Assembly (NCBI GenBank): GCA_964187785.1
Contig: OZ076417.1
Span: 14,756,001 to 14,820,000 of the forward strand
Source: Amphiscolops sp. MND2022
Taxonomy: Eukaryota
DNA length: 64,000 nucleotides
Reading direction: 5' to 3'
Below the pieces are notes generated by a model. The model ran no database searches and was not told the origin of the DNA. It worked only from the letters and a program-made list of their open reading frames with translations. Of this stretch, positions 36,070 through 48,367 are shown in pieces. Position numbers and translations under genes: made by a program. How positions within the stretch are numbered: the first letter of the stretch is position 1; each line of letters opens with the position of its first letter.

Positions 36070-36457
36070 GGACATTACCCCCCAAAATCGGACATTATGC
36101 CCCCCAATAATTTGAAAGTTTCTTGTACCATACTGTAATAAATGAATTGGACCTGTTATTGTAAAAATTGATTTGGACTCGATTTGGGGAGACCAAACTC
36201 TTCTGAACGATAGAGTATTATCGAAAACTAAAACTGAAAGTTTGATAAATTTTAATGTTGATTACAAACACAAAACTACAAAATTGTTTGCAAAACTGAT
36301 TCTGAAGTGTTTTCACAAATTAATGATATCTGATCAAGCATTTTGGATATCTAATTTTAGTCAAAATCATTATTTTACAATCAGGTGTCCAATTCATTTA
36401 TTACAGAATGGTATGTATAATTATTTGGCGTAATGTCCGCTTTGGGCGTATTGTCCG
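36070..36457. mobile_element. MITE with imperfect ~30-bp TIRs
   Basis: ggacattacc...cggacatta on the left versus taatgtccg...gtattgtcc on the right. Confidence 0.5.
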
Positions 36458-36946
36458 GACGCCGTGAGAATCATCCATCTGAGAGCATCTCCATTTTAGA
36501 TCCCTCCTCTTGTTATTATTCTACACAAGTGTGGTACTTAACCACGTTTACTTGTAATGAAAGCCATCAGCGTATCTGTGAATAGAACAGAATAGAATAG
36601 AATATAGTAAATTAAATTTTGTTGTCCGGAAGCGTACAAAATACAACTTGCAAACTTAATCAATTTCAGAAATTGAGTTTCAGAATTTCATGATATCTCA
36701 AAAAATACTTTTAAGCAAGATTTTGCAGTATTTTCAAATCAGCATAGTATAGTATACCAAATTTGAACGTACGGACGTTCAAAAATTAACTTGACTGGAT
36801 TTTTGATCAATTAGTTAGTTAGAAATTCATTTTCGAAGAATTTAAGTTCTTCCATTTTCTTTTGTTGGATGCATCGAAAGTCGTGATCAAGTCGACAATC
36901 GAATATACTCTGTAGTGTTTCCCCTGAAAATTTTGGTTACTTCCAG

Positions 36947-37185
36947 GGACCAATACTACGATAACAGCAGAAGTGGCTCTTCCTCTACCGCTCTAAGGAG
37001 TGGGGGGGCAGGGGCTAAGAGGTCAACAGACTATTCTTCCCGCAACAGCAACTCAGCAGACAACAACAGAGGCGGCAGACCCCCCAATGACCTGACGCCC
37101 TCTGCCGGCAGTAGAAAGAGTTCCAGGGGCGGCGGCCCCTATGCAGACGAAGATGACGAGTTCCCAAACAGATATCAGCTGTCAG
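36947..37185 (+). CDS. Rim: RIM linker exon
   Basis: acttccag / G-GTAATT; phase 2 to 1. Confidence 0.8.
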
Positions 37186-37587
37186 GTAATTCAGCAACTG
37201 CCCTAACATCGTCTCACAGTGATCCATGTAGTCGGCGTTTTTCTTGAAACCAACATACCAGAAACGAAATACTAGAGGGTCAAATACCGTAGGGACAAAA
37301 TGCCATACCTAATGACACTGTTTTAATGATAATATCAACAAAAATAGTTGTGATTTTATGATTCGGGCTTACCCAATAGTCTAACGAGTGAACATTCAAA
37401 ATGGATGAGGAATGAGCGTTATCGCTTTTCGCATCCTCGCCCTGAAGAAAGTTCACTGTTCCGGTTTTTTGTCATTTGGGTTTTTTATAATGATAAAACG
37501 ATTCTTGTTACTAACAAGACACGCGAGTGAATTAAAGCGTAGATGATTTTCACTGAAGTTTCACAGATGTTTCGTTTTGTATTTCAG

Positions 37588-37869
37588 AATCACACCGCCT
37601 TCCGAAGTCGATTCTGGCTCAGAACCGAAGGAGCAACAGTCTCAATGCCGCCGACTCGCCTCTCACTCCGGATCCAGACAGGGCCAGACACTTCCCTCCT
37701 GCCACTGCCTCTGGCCCTATGACGTCAGCGCTGGCAGCCAGAACAGACACCAAATATCAGCATCAACAGGTGTCAGCCACAACCACCAGACAAGACCCCT
37801 CGGAGGCCGAGAAGACGACCAGAAGTCTCTCATCCCCACACAATGTCTACTCCTCTTCCACCACGAATG
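37588..37869 (+). CDS. Rim: RIM linker exon (282 nt, symmetric phase 1-1)
   Basis: atttcag / G-GTTAGT; stop-free frame SHRLPKSILAQNRRSNSL... Confidence 0.75.
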
Positions 37870-38371
37870 GTTAGTTAGTTTCATCAGTCGCGTCTTGACA
37901 TCGCTATTTTCGCTAAACCACTTGTTTTAAAATCGACGTTTCGGTAAACCGCTTATTTTGAAGCCGACATTTGCCTGAAAAAAAGTAGTTGAAAATTTTG
38001 AGAAACATTTTTGTAACAATTTTACATAGCTAGAAATTTTGAATGTGCTGAAGTTAGTTGTTGCCAGTGATGTCCATAGAAAGATGATCTGAATTATTAT
38101 TTAAAATTGAAAAGTTTCAAGTGGTTTTTAGATGCAAAAATATACAATGAAAATTCAATACCCTCTTTATTAATGGTTTGCAAGGAAGGAACAAACGATT
38201 TTTCAAAACTTTTTGCAGAACTCATAGCTATGCGTTGCGGCATCTATTATCCTCTGAATTTTGTCGTCACCAGCAAATGCTTAAATAGCTTTTTCGAGGC
38301 TGCATTTTTCACCAAAAGTAAAAAACGTAGCCTAGCAATGAATCAAATTTGTGAATACGTTTGATTATAAG

Positions 38372-38492
38372 CAAGACGCCCGCTAAGCACCGTGATACTT
38401 TCCGCCACAAAAATTTGAGGATCCAGCCCTGGTTCGAACCCGTGACCTCTTGTCTGCGACGCGGACGCACTACCAACTGGGCCACGCTGACT
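38372..38492 (-). mobile_element. tRNA-headed SINE-like element
   Basis: A box TGGCCCAGTTGG; B box GGGTTCGAACC; body shared with the 13838 copy. Confidence 0.6.
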
Positions 38493-38647
38493 AAAAATGG
38501 AGTAAAAAAATAAAGTGGAGATATGGCGGAGTTCGAAAAAAACCTTACACAGATGATTTTCCTCCCTCTACACAATAAAATGTGGGGCATAGAAATTTGC
38601 AGCTTTGGAATGAACTGTGAACCGAGTGCAGTCTGTGTGTTTAGCAG

Positions 38648-38915
38648 GTGCGATGAGCAGAGGGTCCATTTCTGAGATGGGCAACAGTTTCGACAGTGGG
38701 GGAGGGGGCACTGGGACAGGGACAGGTGTGGCCACTTCAGTCGGGGGAGGAAGCGGAAGTGCGGGGAGCAGTAGGAAGATGCTGGATGTCACGTCCATTT
38801 TCTCGGAGGAGAGCAACGTGTCTTCGCTCAGTGCGCAATCGGCCCCCTTGACGGGACTGAACAGTACACCCACCACGGCCGCCGGGGGTTCTGCCAGTGT
38901 GACAGGGGACACTAG
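38648..38915 (+). CDS. Rim: RIM exon containing MLDVTSIFSEESNVSSLSAQS
   Basis: Resembles RIM SDVSAISRASSASRLSSTSFMSEQS; phase 1 to 2. Confidence 0.82.
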
Positions 38916-39279
38916 GTCAGAGTTAGAACTGTCACGTGGTTACACGACGTTTGTCGGAATAATTTTCAACTACTTGAGCACTCGTATCTTTTTTTTCGTC
39001 CGACCTTTCGATGAAAATTTCAAATTTCTCATACTGTCCATACGAGTTCTATAAAATTTAGCACAGTTTTTGGAGTCCAATGTGTGCAATGAACTCAAAA
39101 TCGTATGACTGGGATGAGGGGAAACAGCTAAAATTTGTAGTAGCACTAAATTGGTACTAGCAAATGTACTAGTAACAATTGTCCAAACACCCTTTCACAG
39201 ACAAAAATCTTTTGTACACACCCTTTTGTACAAAAATCTCAAGACATTCTGCTTCATCTTAAATACAAAGTATCTTGAA

Positions 39280-39631
39280 CAGAGTTTTGGCATCGCTAGT
39301 TTTTCGCTAAACGGCTAATTTCAAAGTCGCTAATTTGCTGGAAAACTTTGTTCGAACTATTAATTGGTTAAATTCAAGAATGTTTTGAAGATAAACGATG
39401 ACTCAATTCATTGTTTGCAAGAAAAACAACTTCTTACAGATGTTTTTATCGGGTTTTACAGATGAAGAGTTGGTATTTTTCAAAATTCATTTCGAAATTC
39501 CGTGTATTTTCCGAGATCTGATATTTTGAGTTTGGACAATCTATCAGTTGCGGCTAATTTGAATCGCTACTAGAATCGCTTAAAAATTCTGTGCGGCCGC
39601 TAAATCGCTTATTAGCGGTGTCAAAACTCTG
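39280..39631. mobile_element. hAT-type MITE
   Basis: TIR CAGAGTTTTG.CA.CGCTA; 8-bp TSD atcttgaa/atcttgca. Confidence 0.8.
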
Positions 39632-39782
39632 ATCTTGCAAGCAAGGCATCATTTGCACGTAAATGCTTTATTTATACCTTGAATAATCATTCCTCTCTTC
39701 AGAGCAAAAATTTCCCCTAAAAAATAAACTCTTGGCTTCAATTAATACAATGGTCGCTTCATTTTTACCTGGTTTGATACAG

Positions 39783-40162
39783 AAGACGCGTGACTATGAG
39801 CGGTGCTGTGGGGGGCGGCACCCCTCTGAAACCTTCTTTGTCGGGTGACGTCAGAAGCCTCAGTCTGAACGATGACGACACCACGAAGGGTGAGAACAAC
39901 AACAAGGAGGGCGAAACACCTGTCGATCAGGGGGGCAGTCTCAGTGACGGGGGCATGGGCACTGCTTCCACTCCCGGGGGGACCGAGGAGGCTGGGGAAA
40001 AGAAGGAGAGCGGGGGTACTGAAGAGGGTAAGGACGGGGCAGTAGCGGCTGCGGCAGCCAATGCGGCTGTGAGCAGGAAAAAGAGGAGACAAAGTGCGGC
40101 CAGTAAAAAGTTCGGAGCCCTGGCTCGCTTTTCGAAGAAGAGCAACAGTCTGAATAATCTCG
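39783..40162 (+). CDS. Rim: RIM exon containing RKKRRQSAASKKFGALARFSKKSNSLNNL
   Basis: Resembles RIM KKRRSSLSAKVVAIVSRRSRSTSQL; donor G/GTAAGC. Confidence 0.88.
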
Positions 40163-40200
40163 GTAAGCACATTCGACACAACCTCGCGTATAACAGTATA

Positions 40201-40403
40201 CCGTATTTCTTCGAATAGAAGCCGCCTTCAAATATAGGCCGCCCCGATTAGAAGCCGCATTAGGCCTGAAAATTTTAGTTACTTTTTAATTTCGGCCTGA
40301 AATTTTAAAAACCACAGCTGACCATATTTCTTCGGATATAGGCCGCGAAATCACTACGGAAAATAACTTACAAGTCGCGCGCCCTGTGTTCGAAGAAATA
40401 CGG
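40201..40403. mobile_element. Tc1/mariner (Tc2/Kanga-like) MITE
   Basis: Perfect TIR CCGTATTTCTTCGAA; TA on both flanks. Confidence 0.85.
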
Positions 40404-41672
40404 TATTTTAGTTATACTTTGGTAGTGAAATTCATTAAATGTTCATAGCATTGTACACAGATGACATAATTCATTGGTAGACTTTAACTGCTCGTGTCAG
40501 GATCTTACCATGATCATTCAAGCATTCCATGTCTTTGGACGTTGAGCACCCTGTGAATCATACTTACCAGGGTACCAAGCACTGGCTCGACCCAAAAAAG
40601 TGAACCCCCTTTCATTGACTTCTTTCACGAAAATCACAGTTATCTAAACCGTCAAAGTTTGAATTAATGTCAAAAACTTTGCTTTGATAGAAACCTTTGC
40701 AGCATCACAACATCCCAAAACATTCAAATGCAAATTTTTGATGTGATGATGAAGTCTGTGTTAAGCACTTTCTAGTAAACCTAAAGCGGAAATTGTAACT
40801 TTCCAAGTTTTCCCATGTGCAACATTTCCATTTGGAGTCTTTTCTAAGATGAATTTGTACCCTAGTTGAGACTGCAGGAACTTTTTACATGTTGCAGACC
40901 TGCGTGCTGGTTAATTTTTTAACAAAAACTCAAAAATTTAGTAAGTTTCCGGTGGTGCAACTTGGAAGAATATGTAAAAAAAGCTCAAGCAAATTCAACA
41001 GTGGTGATTTTGAGCTAGGAAATTTTCTAGACTCACTTCAAAAAAGTTTGACCCACCGGTTATTGAGCATTGCAGAATTTAATTATTGTGCACTGTATGT
41101 TTTGAGTGAAAAATTACAAGCAATAAGTTCATAGTTTCTAACATGTAATAATCATTTGTGGGATCAAAACTGTTGGGAACTAGATCAAGGCATAATGGCA
41201 TATGCAATTCATATTCATACGTATTCGTGACGCTGTTTTATATTTGATTCATAACACTTGTAATAGTTCATTCCGCTCATTTTTAGTTGCTGGTCTTCGT
41301 CAATCCTATTTTTTCGTTGGAATTCAAAAGAAAAAAAATGATATGATAGTTTGCGAAGAATGAAACCCTAAAATTGTATTTTTTATTATTTGTTTCGCCA
41401 TAAAGGCGATGAGAAAATACTTCGAGCAGTTTGAATGTTAGTTAATCTTGTGATGTGAATCACCATCTAGTTTCACACCTCACATAAAAGCAATAGTTTT
41501 AGTGCTCATCTAATTTTGTAGCTAAGATATTCTTCGAATCTAAGGCTTCGACCGGAAGTTTCCATTTTTCAATGGTCGCCATGGTTTCTGCTCAAAGTGA
41601 AAAAAAATTGCACTTGACATGAGGAATGGGTTAGCCATGCCGTGATTCTCATATTACCGTTGAATCCGCCTA

Positions 41673-42474
41673 ATGCACAGTGCTTCCGTCTTATACCTGA
41701 AGGGTTCTATGTCTTCTGACCAATTAAAATGTACACTTAAGAAAAACATGGTTATGATTTGTGAAGAAGGAGAAGATGATAACGAAGAAGAAGAGAGAGT
41801 TCAGAGTAGGGAGAGGAAACCAATCAGAAGCAGGTACGGGGAGTATACACCTGTGGGTAACAGTGCTCCTGTGGTGAGGATTGAAAAGAATGTGACTATA
41901 TACCCCTACTGTGTCAACTCCTCGTCTTCCGAAGGAAACAGTGGGTTACACTCTATTGCCGAAGTGGTGGCCTCTTCTTACTCGCCCCGCAGTGACCGTG
42001 ACCTCAACAACTACAAGGGGTCAACTGCAGTTGTGACCCGCTGCAATAACATGTCATGGAGTGACGAAGACTATTGCACCTCTGGAAACACTCTCTCCAA
42101 GCGTACTGCACCAGGTGGTATGACGTCATCAGGCCGCGTGACGTCATCAGGCCGTGTGACGTCACCAGGTGGTATGACGTCACCAGGTGGTGTGACGTCA
42201 CCAGGTGGTATGACGTCACCAGATGGTGTGACGTCACCAGACAGCAAGTCGCTCTCGTGTAAGAGTGTGGACAGTGGTGTCACTTCTGTCAGTGGTCGTA
42301 GTATTACGTCATCGCAGTCGAACACCAGCTCAGAGCACAAACATGCGTCACCCAACAGCAGCAGCAGTAGTAGGAAGAAGAACTCTTCGCAGTCACAGTC
42401 TGCTTCTTCGGCAGAAAGCAGCTCAACTTCAAAACTCTCGTTCGGCAGGCGACGCAAGAACAAAAAGAATCAAG
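41673..42474 (+). CDS. Intronic ORF; candidate alternative first (or cassette) exon of RIM with (V/M)TSPGG repeats
   Basis: 276-codon ORF in an AT-rich intron; donor CAAG/GTACAA at 42474/42475 is phase 1 and compatible with the acceptor at 44702. Confidence 0.55.
42121..42236. repeat. 18-bp tandem repeat, 7 copies, each with a perfect TGACGTCA
   Basis: TGACGTCA starts at 42121, 42139, 42157, 42175, 42193, 42211 and 42229. Confidence 0.95.
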
Positions 42475-43943
42475 GTACAAAACCACAACAAGAATACTTA
42501 TGATAATGTAGTAGGAAACCTCGTCGTATAATCAAGGTAACTCGCCGCCGTAAATGATCATTGCAGTGGAAAATTGCTGTCGCTGTTTGGAGCAAAGTTT
42601 TTAAAAAATCTTAGTTGGTTGCTAATTTTGTGAATTCCTACTGAATTGTTGACTGGGAGTACTATGAAAAGACTTAAATCATACCAAAATCGCTCAAAAT
42701 ATTAGGAATCGAATTTTCAAAACGTAAGGGCTAACCGCAACTTAATTCCAATCTTCCTCATAGAGAGCACCTAAGGCATTCATTTAGCAAGAGACATTTG
42801 TTAAATTATCATTGCGCATCGAGTTGCCCGACCTTCAAAAACTGCGGCGAGTTGTTTTTCGACGAGTTTTCCACATTCAAAGCTACAATTAATCTCCACC
42901 CTTTCCTAATTGGCCTGGCCTCCAACCAACCAATCATCAGATCAGAGTGTTGCTGCCCCGCGAGTGTCTCGTCAGTGCGTTCGATCCCATCTCTTGTTCT
43001 CGTCTTTCTCTGTGCATCGTGGTGCCGTGTCATGTTGTGACTCTTCCCTTTCTCCTACTCATCAGCATCATTCTTCTAAACTTTCGTGCTCCTTCTAGTT
43101 TCCCAAAAAGAATCGTCGTTTCCAAAAGGACAACCAGCGACCAATTCTTCCTCTTCCCTTTTGCAACCAGCACTGTCATCGTCTTCTTTCCGACTTGATA
43201 TCTGTCTCATCCAGCACATCATCTCATTCTGATCAAACTTGAAAATCAATTCATTTCATCATCATCATCTTGTACATAAACATGTTCTTGCCCTTTTCAG
43301 TCAGCGCGTTTAGTCAACTAAAATTGCCAGATTAAGTGTCCCATTTGATTTTTCGGCACTGTGCGACTTTCAACTGGGAAAATTTCTCATTCTCCGAAAG
43401 ATACCTTTTTTAAAATTTTGAGGTGAGAAAAGCTCTTTCAAACCCAAAGGGTTTCTTCTGGGTTTCTTGGAACTGTGTGACTTTTTCTGAAAACGGTCAC
43501 CTTTTTCAGAAAAAGTCACACAGTTCCAAAAAACTCTACAGTTTTTGGTAGAGTTTTGTGGAGATTTCATTTATTGACTCAAATTGAAGTTTTGAAGATT
43601 CAAGGTTTGCGAACCCATCGTGTCGAAATAATTATTTGTGCAAAACACGTTTCGAACTTTTCGAAACCATTTCTGTTAAACCTAAATGTTAACCTCTCCG
43701 TGAATGGTGGGTAGTTTTTTTCAGCAGCCATTTCATCCCATCATATCCTCTTATTGTGTATTCGTGTGAAATTCATAGTAACACTTCCTGCGAGAGCCAT
43801 TGAAAAGCAGGGAGCCCAAAGTATTCGAATATAATTTACCATAGTATTTCTATTTGATTCAATTGACTGTGCCGCCTTCTTTTATTGTATTTTTATACGG
43901 ATTCGTAAATATTTTTTTTCAAATTAAACGATGAAATGCAATC

Positions 43944-44098
43944 CCGAGTTTTGACATTGCTAATTTTTTGGCTAATCGCTAAACAAATTTCGAAATCGCT
44001 ATTTTGCTGATTTTGATTTTAAACAGTTTATTTGTAGCCGCTAATTTGAATAGCTGAAAAATTCTGCTCGGCCGTTAATTAGCGGTGCCAAAACTGTG
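43944..44098. mobile_element. hAT-type MITE (same family as 39280)
   Basis: TIR C.GAGTTTTG/CAAAACTGTG; perfect 8-bp TSD ATGCAATC. Confidence 0.85.
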
Positions 44099-44701
44099 AT
44101 GCAATCATCATTTATTGAAACTCGGGGTAAATTACTCGGAGGTTAACTGTATGTGGGAGACATCTGCCTAGGATCCCGTCTAGAAAAGGTTTTTCCAAGA
44201 AAAGTGTTCTACGGTCTGGGTGTTACTGAAGAATTTCCCCCATCCTCGAGGGGTTAGAGAAGAACTTATTCTGATAAGGTTTTCCGATTTTTATGCTTAC
44301 TCTGATTCATAATGTGATCTTCTCAAGAAGTTTACTCTCTCTGGCAGATGCCTCCACTACATTTAAAAAGTCAGCAATTTTTGTTTTAAGACAGTCTTCC
44401 CTCTTTAATGATGGCACCAATGACGGAATCAACAAATCTCATTTAATTTTTTTTCCAAATTTAGCTACATGTCGACCGTCCGAAACAAAACTGTTGGTCT
44501 GCAACAGTAATGATGGCCCAATGTTCAAAGGGGCAATTTGTTGACTGAATGATGAGGTAGTGCCGATTCGCTGCAAGCTGCAGAGCCTCCTTGCAGTGTC
44601 AGTAACGGTCCCCGTATATATAAATACTGAAAATCTCAACAAGTGTTGGTCAGATTTACAAAACAAAACACCAAATTTCATCGTTTAATTGTTGTGTGTA
44701 G

Positions 44702-44960
44702 ATGGCAAGCAGAAGATTTCCATTCTGAGAACGGAGGAGGTCGGCTTCCACACAGACGAGCAGTTCATGATGGTGCGAATGGACAGTGTGGAGAGTTCGG
44801 GAACGGGGGGACCTGGTGGAAACCTCCCCCAGGCCGACTCCCTCTCCATCGCGTCAGGGGGTACCAGCATCGGGGGTGGCGCAACCGGTGCAGCCGGCAC
44901 CCCTGGAAGCAGACCCATCTCCCAGATGGCCAGTGTCGCAGCCGCTCTCATGGCTGACCC
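44702..44960 (+). CDS. Rim: RIM exon before C2B (ISILRTEEVG...MVRMDSVESS)
   Basis: Resembles RIM SIQRSTETG...MVRQPSREST; donor CC/GTGAGT. Confidence 0.88.
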
Positions 44961-45816
44961 GTGAGTACTTTCACACTTTTTCAGCACAGTGCGACTTTTG
45001 TTTTTTCTTACTAAAGCCCTCCTTCAATTCTTGGCGAGTGTAGAGGACCCCTGTAGAGTTTTTTGGCACTATGCAACTTATCGAAGACATTTTTTGACAG
45101 AAAAATCTTCAAAATTTTTTTCGCGATTCTTTTCTCGGAATGTTTTTCACAATTTTTGGTTTTTTGAGGTTTTCTGTTAAGAAAATCCGTTTTCCGAGTC
45201 TAAAGAGTGACATCTTTGGTTATTTTAAGGTCCCGTGGGACTGATGAGAGTTTTCTCAGTACCTGTGCAAAAGACCTACGGTTTTTCGGCTCTGTGCGAC
45301 GTTTTTGAATAAATCCATATTCTCAAAGGGTTCCCATCTTCACTTTTAAGAAAGCTGAAGGCTTGGGAAAAAATTAGAGGATTTCTTAGAGGTTTTTCGG
45401 CACTGGGACTTTTTCCGGGAAGAAAAATTTTCGATATTTTCAAAAATAGGGTATTTGATGTTTCGAGTATTTTTGCGCTGTAAGTTCAATTCTTCCACAA
45501 GTGTCCCTTCGCATATTCAAAACACTTCGCTCTCTTTGATCCTTGAGCTGGGGCGCCGACTTGGGCCGTTACCGGCATGTTTGTGAACTTTGTTACATTT
45601 CCGCTCTTGATTCCGATATGCCTGTCTTTATCCCAGAAAAAATAGATTGAAAAAAAAATTTCTGGTTGCTTCAACAATGTGATCACGAACCCTCGCTTTG
45701 AGCATTAGCTTCTGCACTTCGATGCAATTGCTCAAAAAATTAAATATCGTTTTTCATTGTTTTCAGAGATAGACGTGTAGTGTGTCCATTTCGATATTGC
45801 GCATGTTATGTTGTAG

Positions 45817-46031
45817 GATGTTGCAATCACAGCTGCGCCTTCCGCCGGAACACAAGCTGACCAACTTCGTGGAGGAGCTGGGGCCGGGCCAGTTGGTGGG
45901 CAGACAGGTTCTGGGGTCGCCGTGTCTGGGAGACATCCAAGTAGGCTTCTCCGTCAAAAAGGGCATCCTCGAGCTGGAGATCATCAGAGCGAGGAACCTC
46001 ATGGTCAAGCCAGGTGCTAGAGACTACCCTG
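45817..46031 (+). CDS. Rim: RIM C2B domain, exon 1
   Basis: FVEELGPGQLVGRQVLGSPCLGDIQVG...LELEIIRARNL. Confidence 0.97.
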
Positions 46032-47376
46032 GTTAGTAATTGGAGCCGATCTTGTGAATTAACCTCGACAGTGAATTCGTCCTCAAATGGGGACAGTGGA
46101 TTTTTTCGCAATCGATGAGAGATTACGAAACACAAAAAGCACATAGAAAAACAAAATTGTTTTTTTTATCGACAACATATTGGATTAACTGGGTTAATTA
46201 TGTATTTTTTTCTGAACCGCCAGCGAGAAAGTCACCGGAAAAAAAGTGAAAATTTGCAAAAATACGTTTCAAAAAAATTTGTACTTCCTCAATAACAGCA
46301 ATTGTTTGCTAAGTTACTGTCCCACTCTAGTATCACAGTAGGCCACCATTGGAAACGCATATGGAAGATTTTTCAATGAAGCTTCAGCTGTGAGTACGAC
46401 CAGCATTTGAAAGGCCCGGCGAATGTTTGCCAAATTTTCATTTTTATTACTTTGGTTGGAGCGAAATGGGGTCTCAGATACATACGAATTAAACGAAGAT
46501 CCGAATTATCCGGATACGAATTAACCGGGGTTGTTTGTAATCACATTTTCAAAGGAAAAAATTTTGATCATGAATAATCTAATCCAGCCAAAATGAATCC
46601 ATTTTTGGTCGTGAATGATTTTTTCTTGGGTTCCGAGAAATGGAAAAAGAAGACGAAAATTTAGTTCTGCTTTTCTTAGTTGACGCCCTTTCAGATACCA
46701 CCTACCCATAGCAGGCTATGGTACCATTCTTGCAACCAATTGGCCCAAAAATGGTCAGTTTGACTATCAGAACACCTCCTCAACACCTTTGGCTTTGTTC
46801 ACTCAAAGTTGAGAAACGGACTTGGAGTTTTGAAATCTTGGGTATTTTGTATGGTCAAACGTTTGAAATTTTCAATCGAATTCTAGACAACACATTTTAT
46901 ATCTAAATGCGAAACTCAAATTGATATTGCATCTTGATAGAAAGTTCCATATTGGTTGTTAAATAATGATCAACTCACCGTTGTTGGCCCTCAAGTAAGT
47001 CCTTCATCCCTAGCTTAGCGGTATGGTCAGTGACAAAAATAACGCATTTGGCGGAGAAAAGCAAAATAAAAAGCAACGGTGAGCAGTCAGACCTTTGTGA
47101 CCTTGAGCAGGTCTTTTTGAAACCACAGCTTCAAGTCTACCATTACTTGACCACTTAGCTGCACAAATGGTACCATAGCTTGCTATGGGGAGATAGTATC
47201 CAAAAATGCGCCGACTTAGAAAAGCAGAACTGTTTATTCGGCGTTTACCCCACGGGAATGGGGAAATTAACTTTCTTCTTCTAGTTCCATGTTTGTTGTT
47301 AAATAATGATCAATAATGCGGATTGAATAAAAACCATGTTGGTATGTTGTATGTATGTAATGTGTAACTGTTTAAG

Positions 47377-47576
47377 CTCCTTACGTGAAAGTGTACTTGA
47401 TGAAAGGCAAGGTGTGTGTGGCCAAGGCCAAAACCAAGTCGGCTAGAAAGACGCTGGACCCCCTGTACCAGTCACAACTGACATTCGAACAGGACCCGGC
47501 CGGCAAGTTGATCCAGATCAGTGTGTGGGGCGACTACGGCAGAATGGACCGCAAGTATTTCATGGGAGTCGCACAG
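47377..47576 (+). CDS. Rim: RIM C2B domain, exon 2
   Basis: PYVKVYL...AKAKTKSARKTLDPLYQ...VWGDYGRMDRKYFMGVAQ. Confidence 0.97.
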
Positions 47577-48367
47577 GTAATCATCTTCACGCTCTAAAAA
47601 ACTCTGTCCCGTTCGCTTAAAGCTCAAAAAGCACAAAGACTTTCTTTTTGTAAGGTTCTTGTCGTATTAAAGGCCTTTCCCCAACTGAAAAACTACAAAA
47701 AAAGAGTTTGGACCCGTTCGTGAAATGCCCAGTGCCCAAAAATCCCAAACAAGGAGTTACCTCCTTTTCTACCGTCTAGCATAGTAAAGTAGATGCATTT
47801 TAGACTTGCTGCGGGACGATATGAAACTTGAAAAATCAGATGAAATGAGATTTTACGTAAAAATTATTTATTCATTAAAATTACTAGTTTCAATTAATTA
47901 TATTACCATTAAAATTATCATGACTAAAGTGAGTCCAGTACATCCCCAATGTGTATGAAATCGACGTCAGTGACCCGAGTTTTGATCCGTGCGAGCAAAG
48001 AAGCCAAAAAATCTTCAGCAATAATGTTTAACAGCTCATCGTGTTATATCGGTAGATGAATTGTTGTTGTTGTTGTTGTCTTGTTTCCGATGTACTTGTG
48101 TGGTCTACGTGGGCAAAAAAATCGGTATCAATATTGTTATTATTTTTGCGATAACTGAAATAATATAGAAACTGAAAGGAGGAGTTTTTCGACAGAGTAT
48201 ATTCGTTAACCGAGTACCTAGTGAAAACGATCCAGATATTTGTTCGGCCGTGAGCATGAGCATGAGATTTAAGATTCTCAAGCTGCGGACGTCATGATCT
48301 ATGACATGAAGCGAGCGTGCCTGCAAGGGCTTATCTTATGATGAATTCATGATCTTGGTTTTTTCAG

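Noticed and set aside
16990-38492. tRNA-like sequences as functional tRNA genes
   Set aside because: A and B boxes are present, but acceptor and anticodon stems do not pair by eye; treated as SINE heads.
42798-43198. Cluster of short ORFs after the intronic ORF
   Set aside because: Pyrimidine-rich, no consistent splice sites or domain; could be UTR but unsupported.
8673-45043. Many antisense and off-frame ORFs over GC-rich islands (e.g. 8673, 10109, 32367, 34389, 39742, 42071)
   Set aside because: Shadows of RIM exons; the RIM frame explains composition and splice phases.
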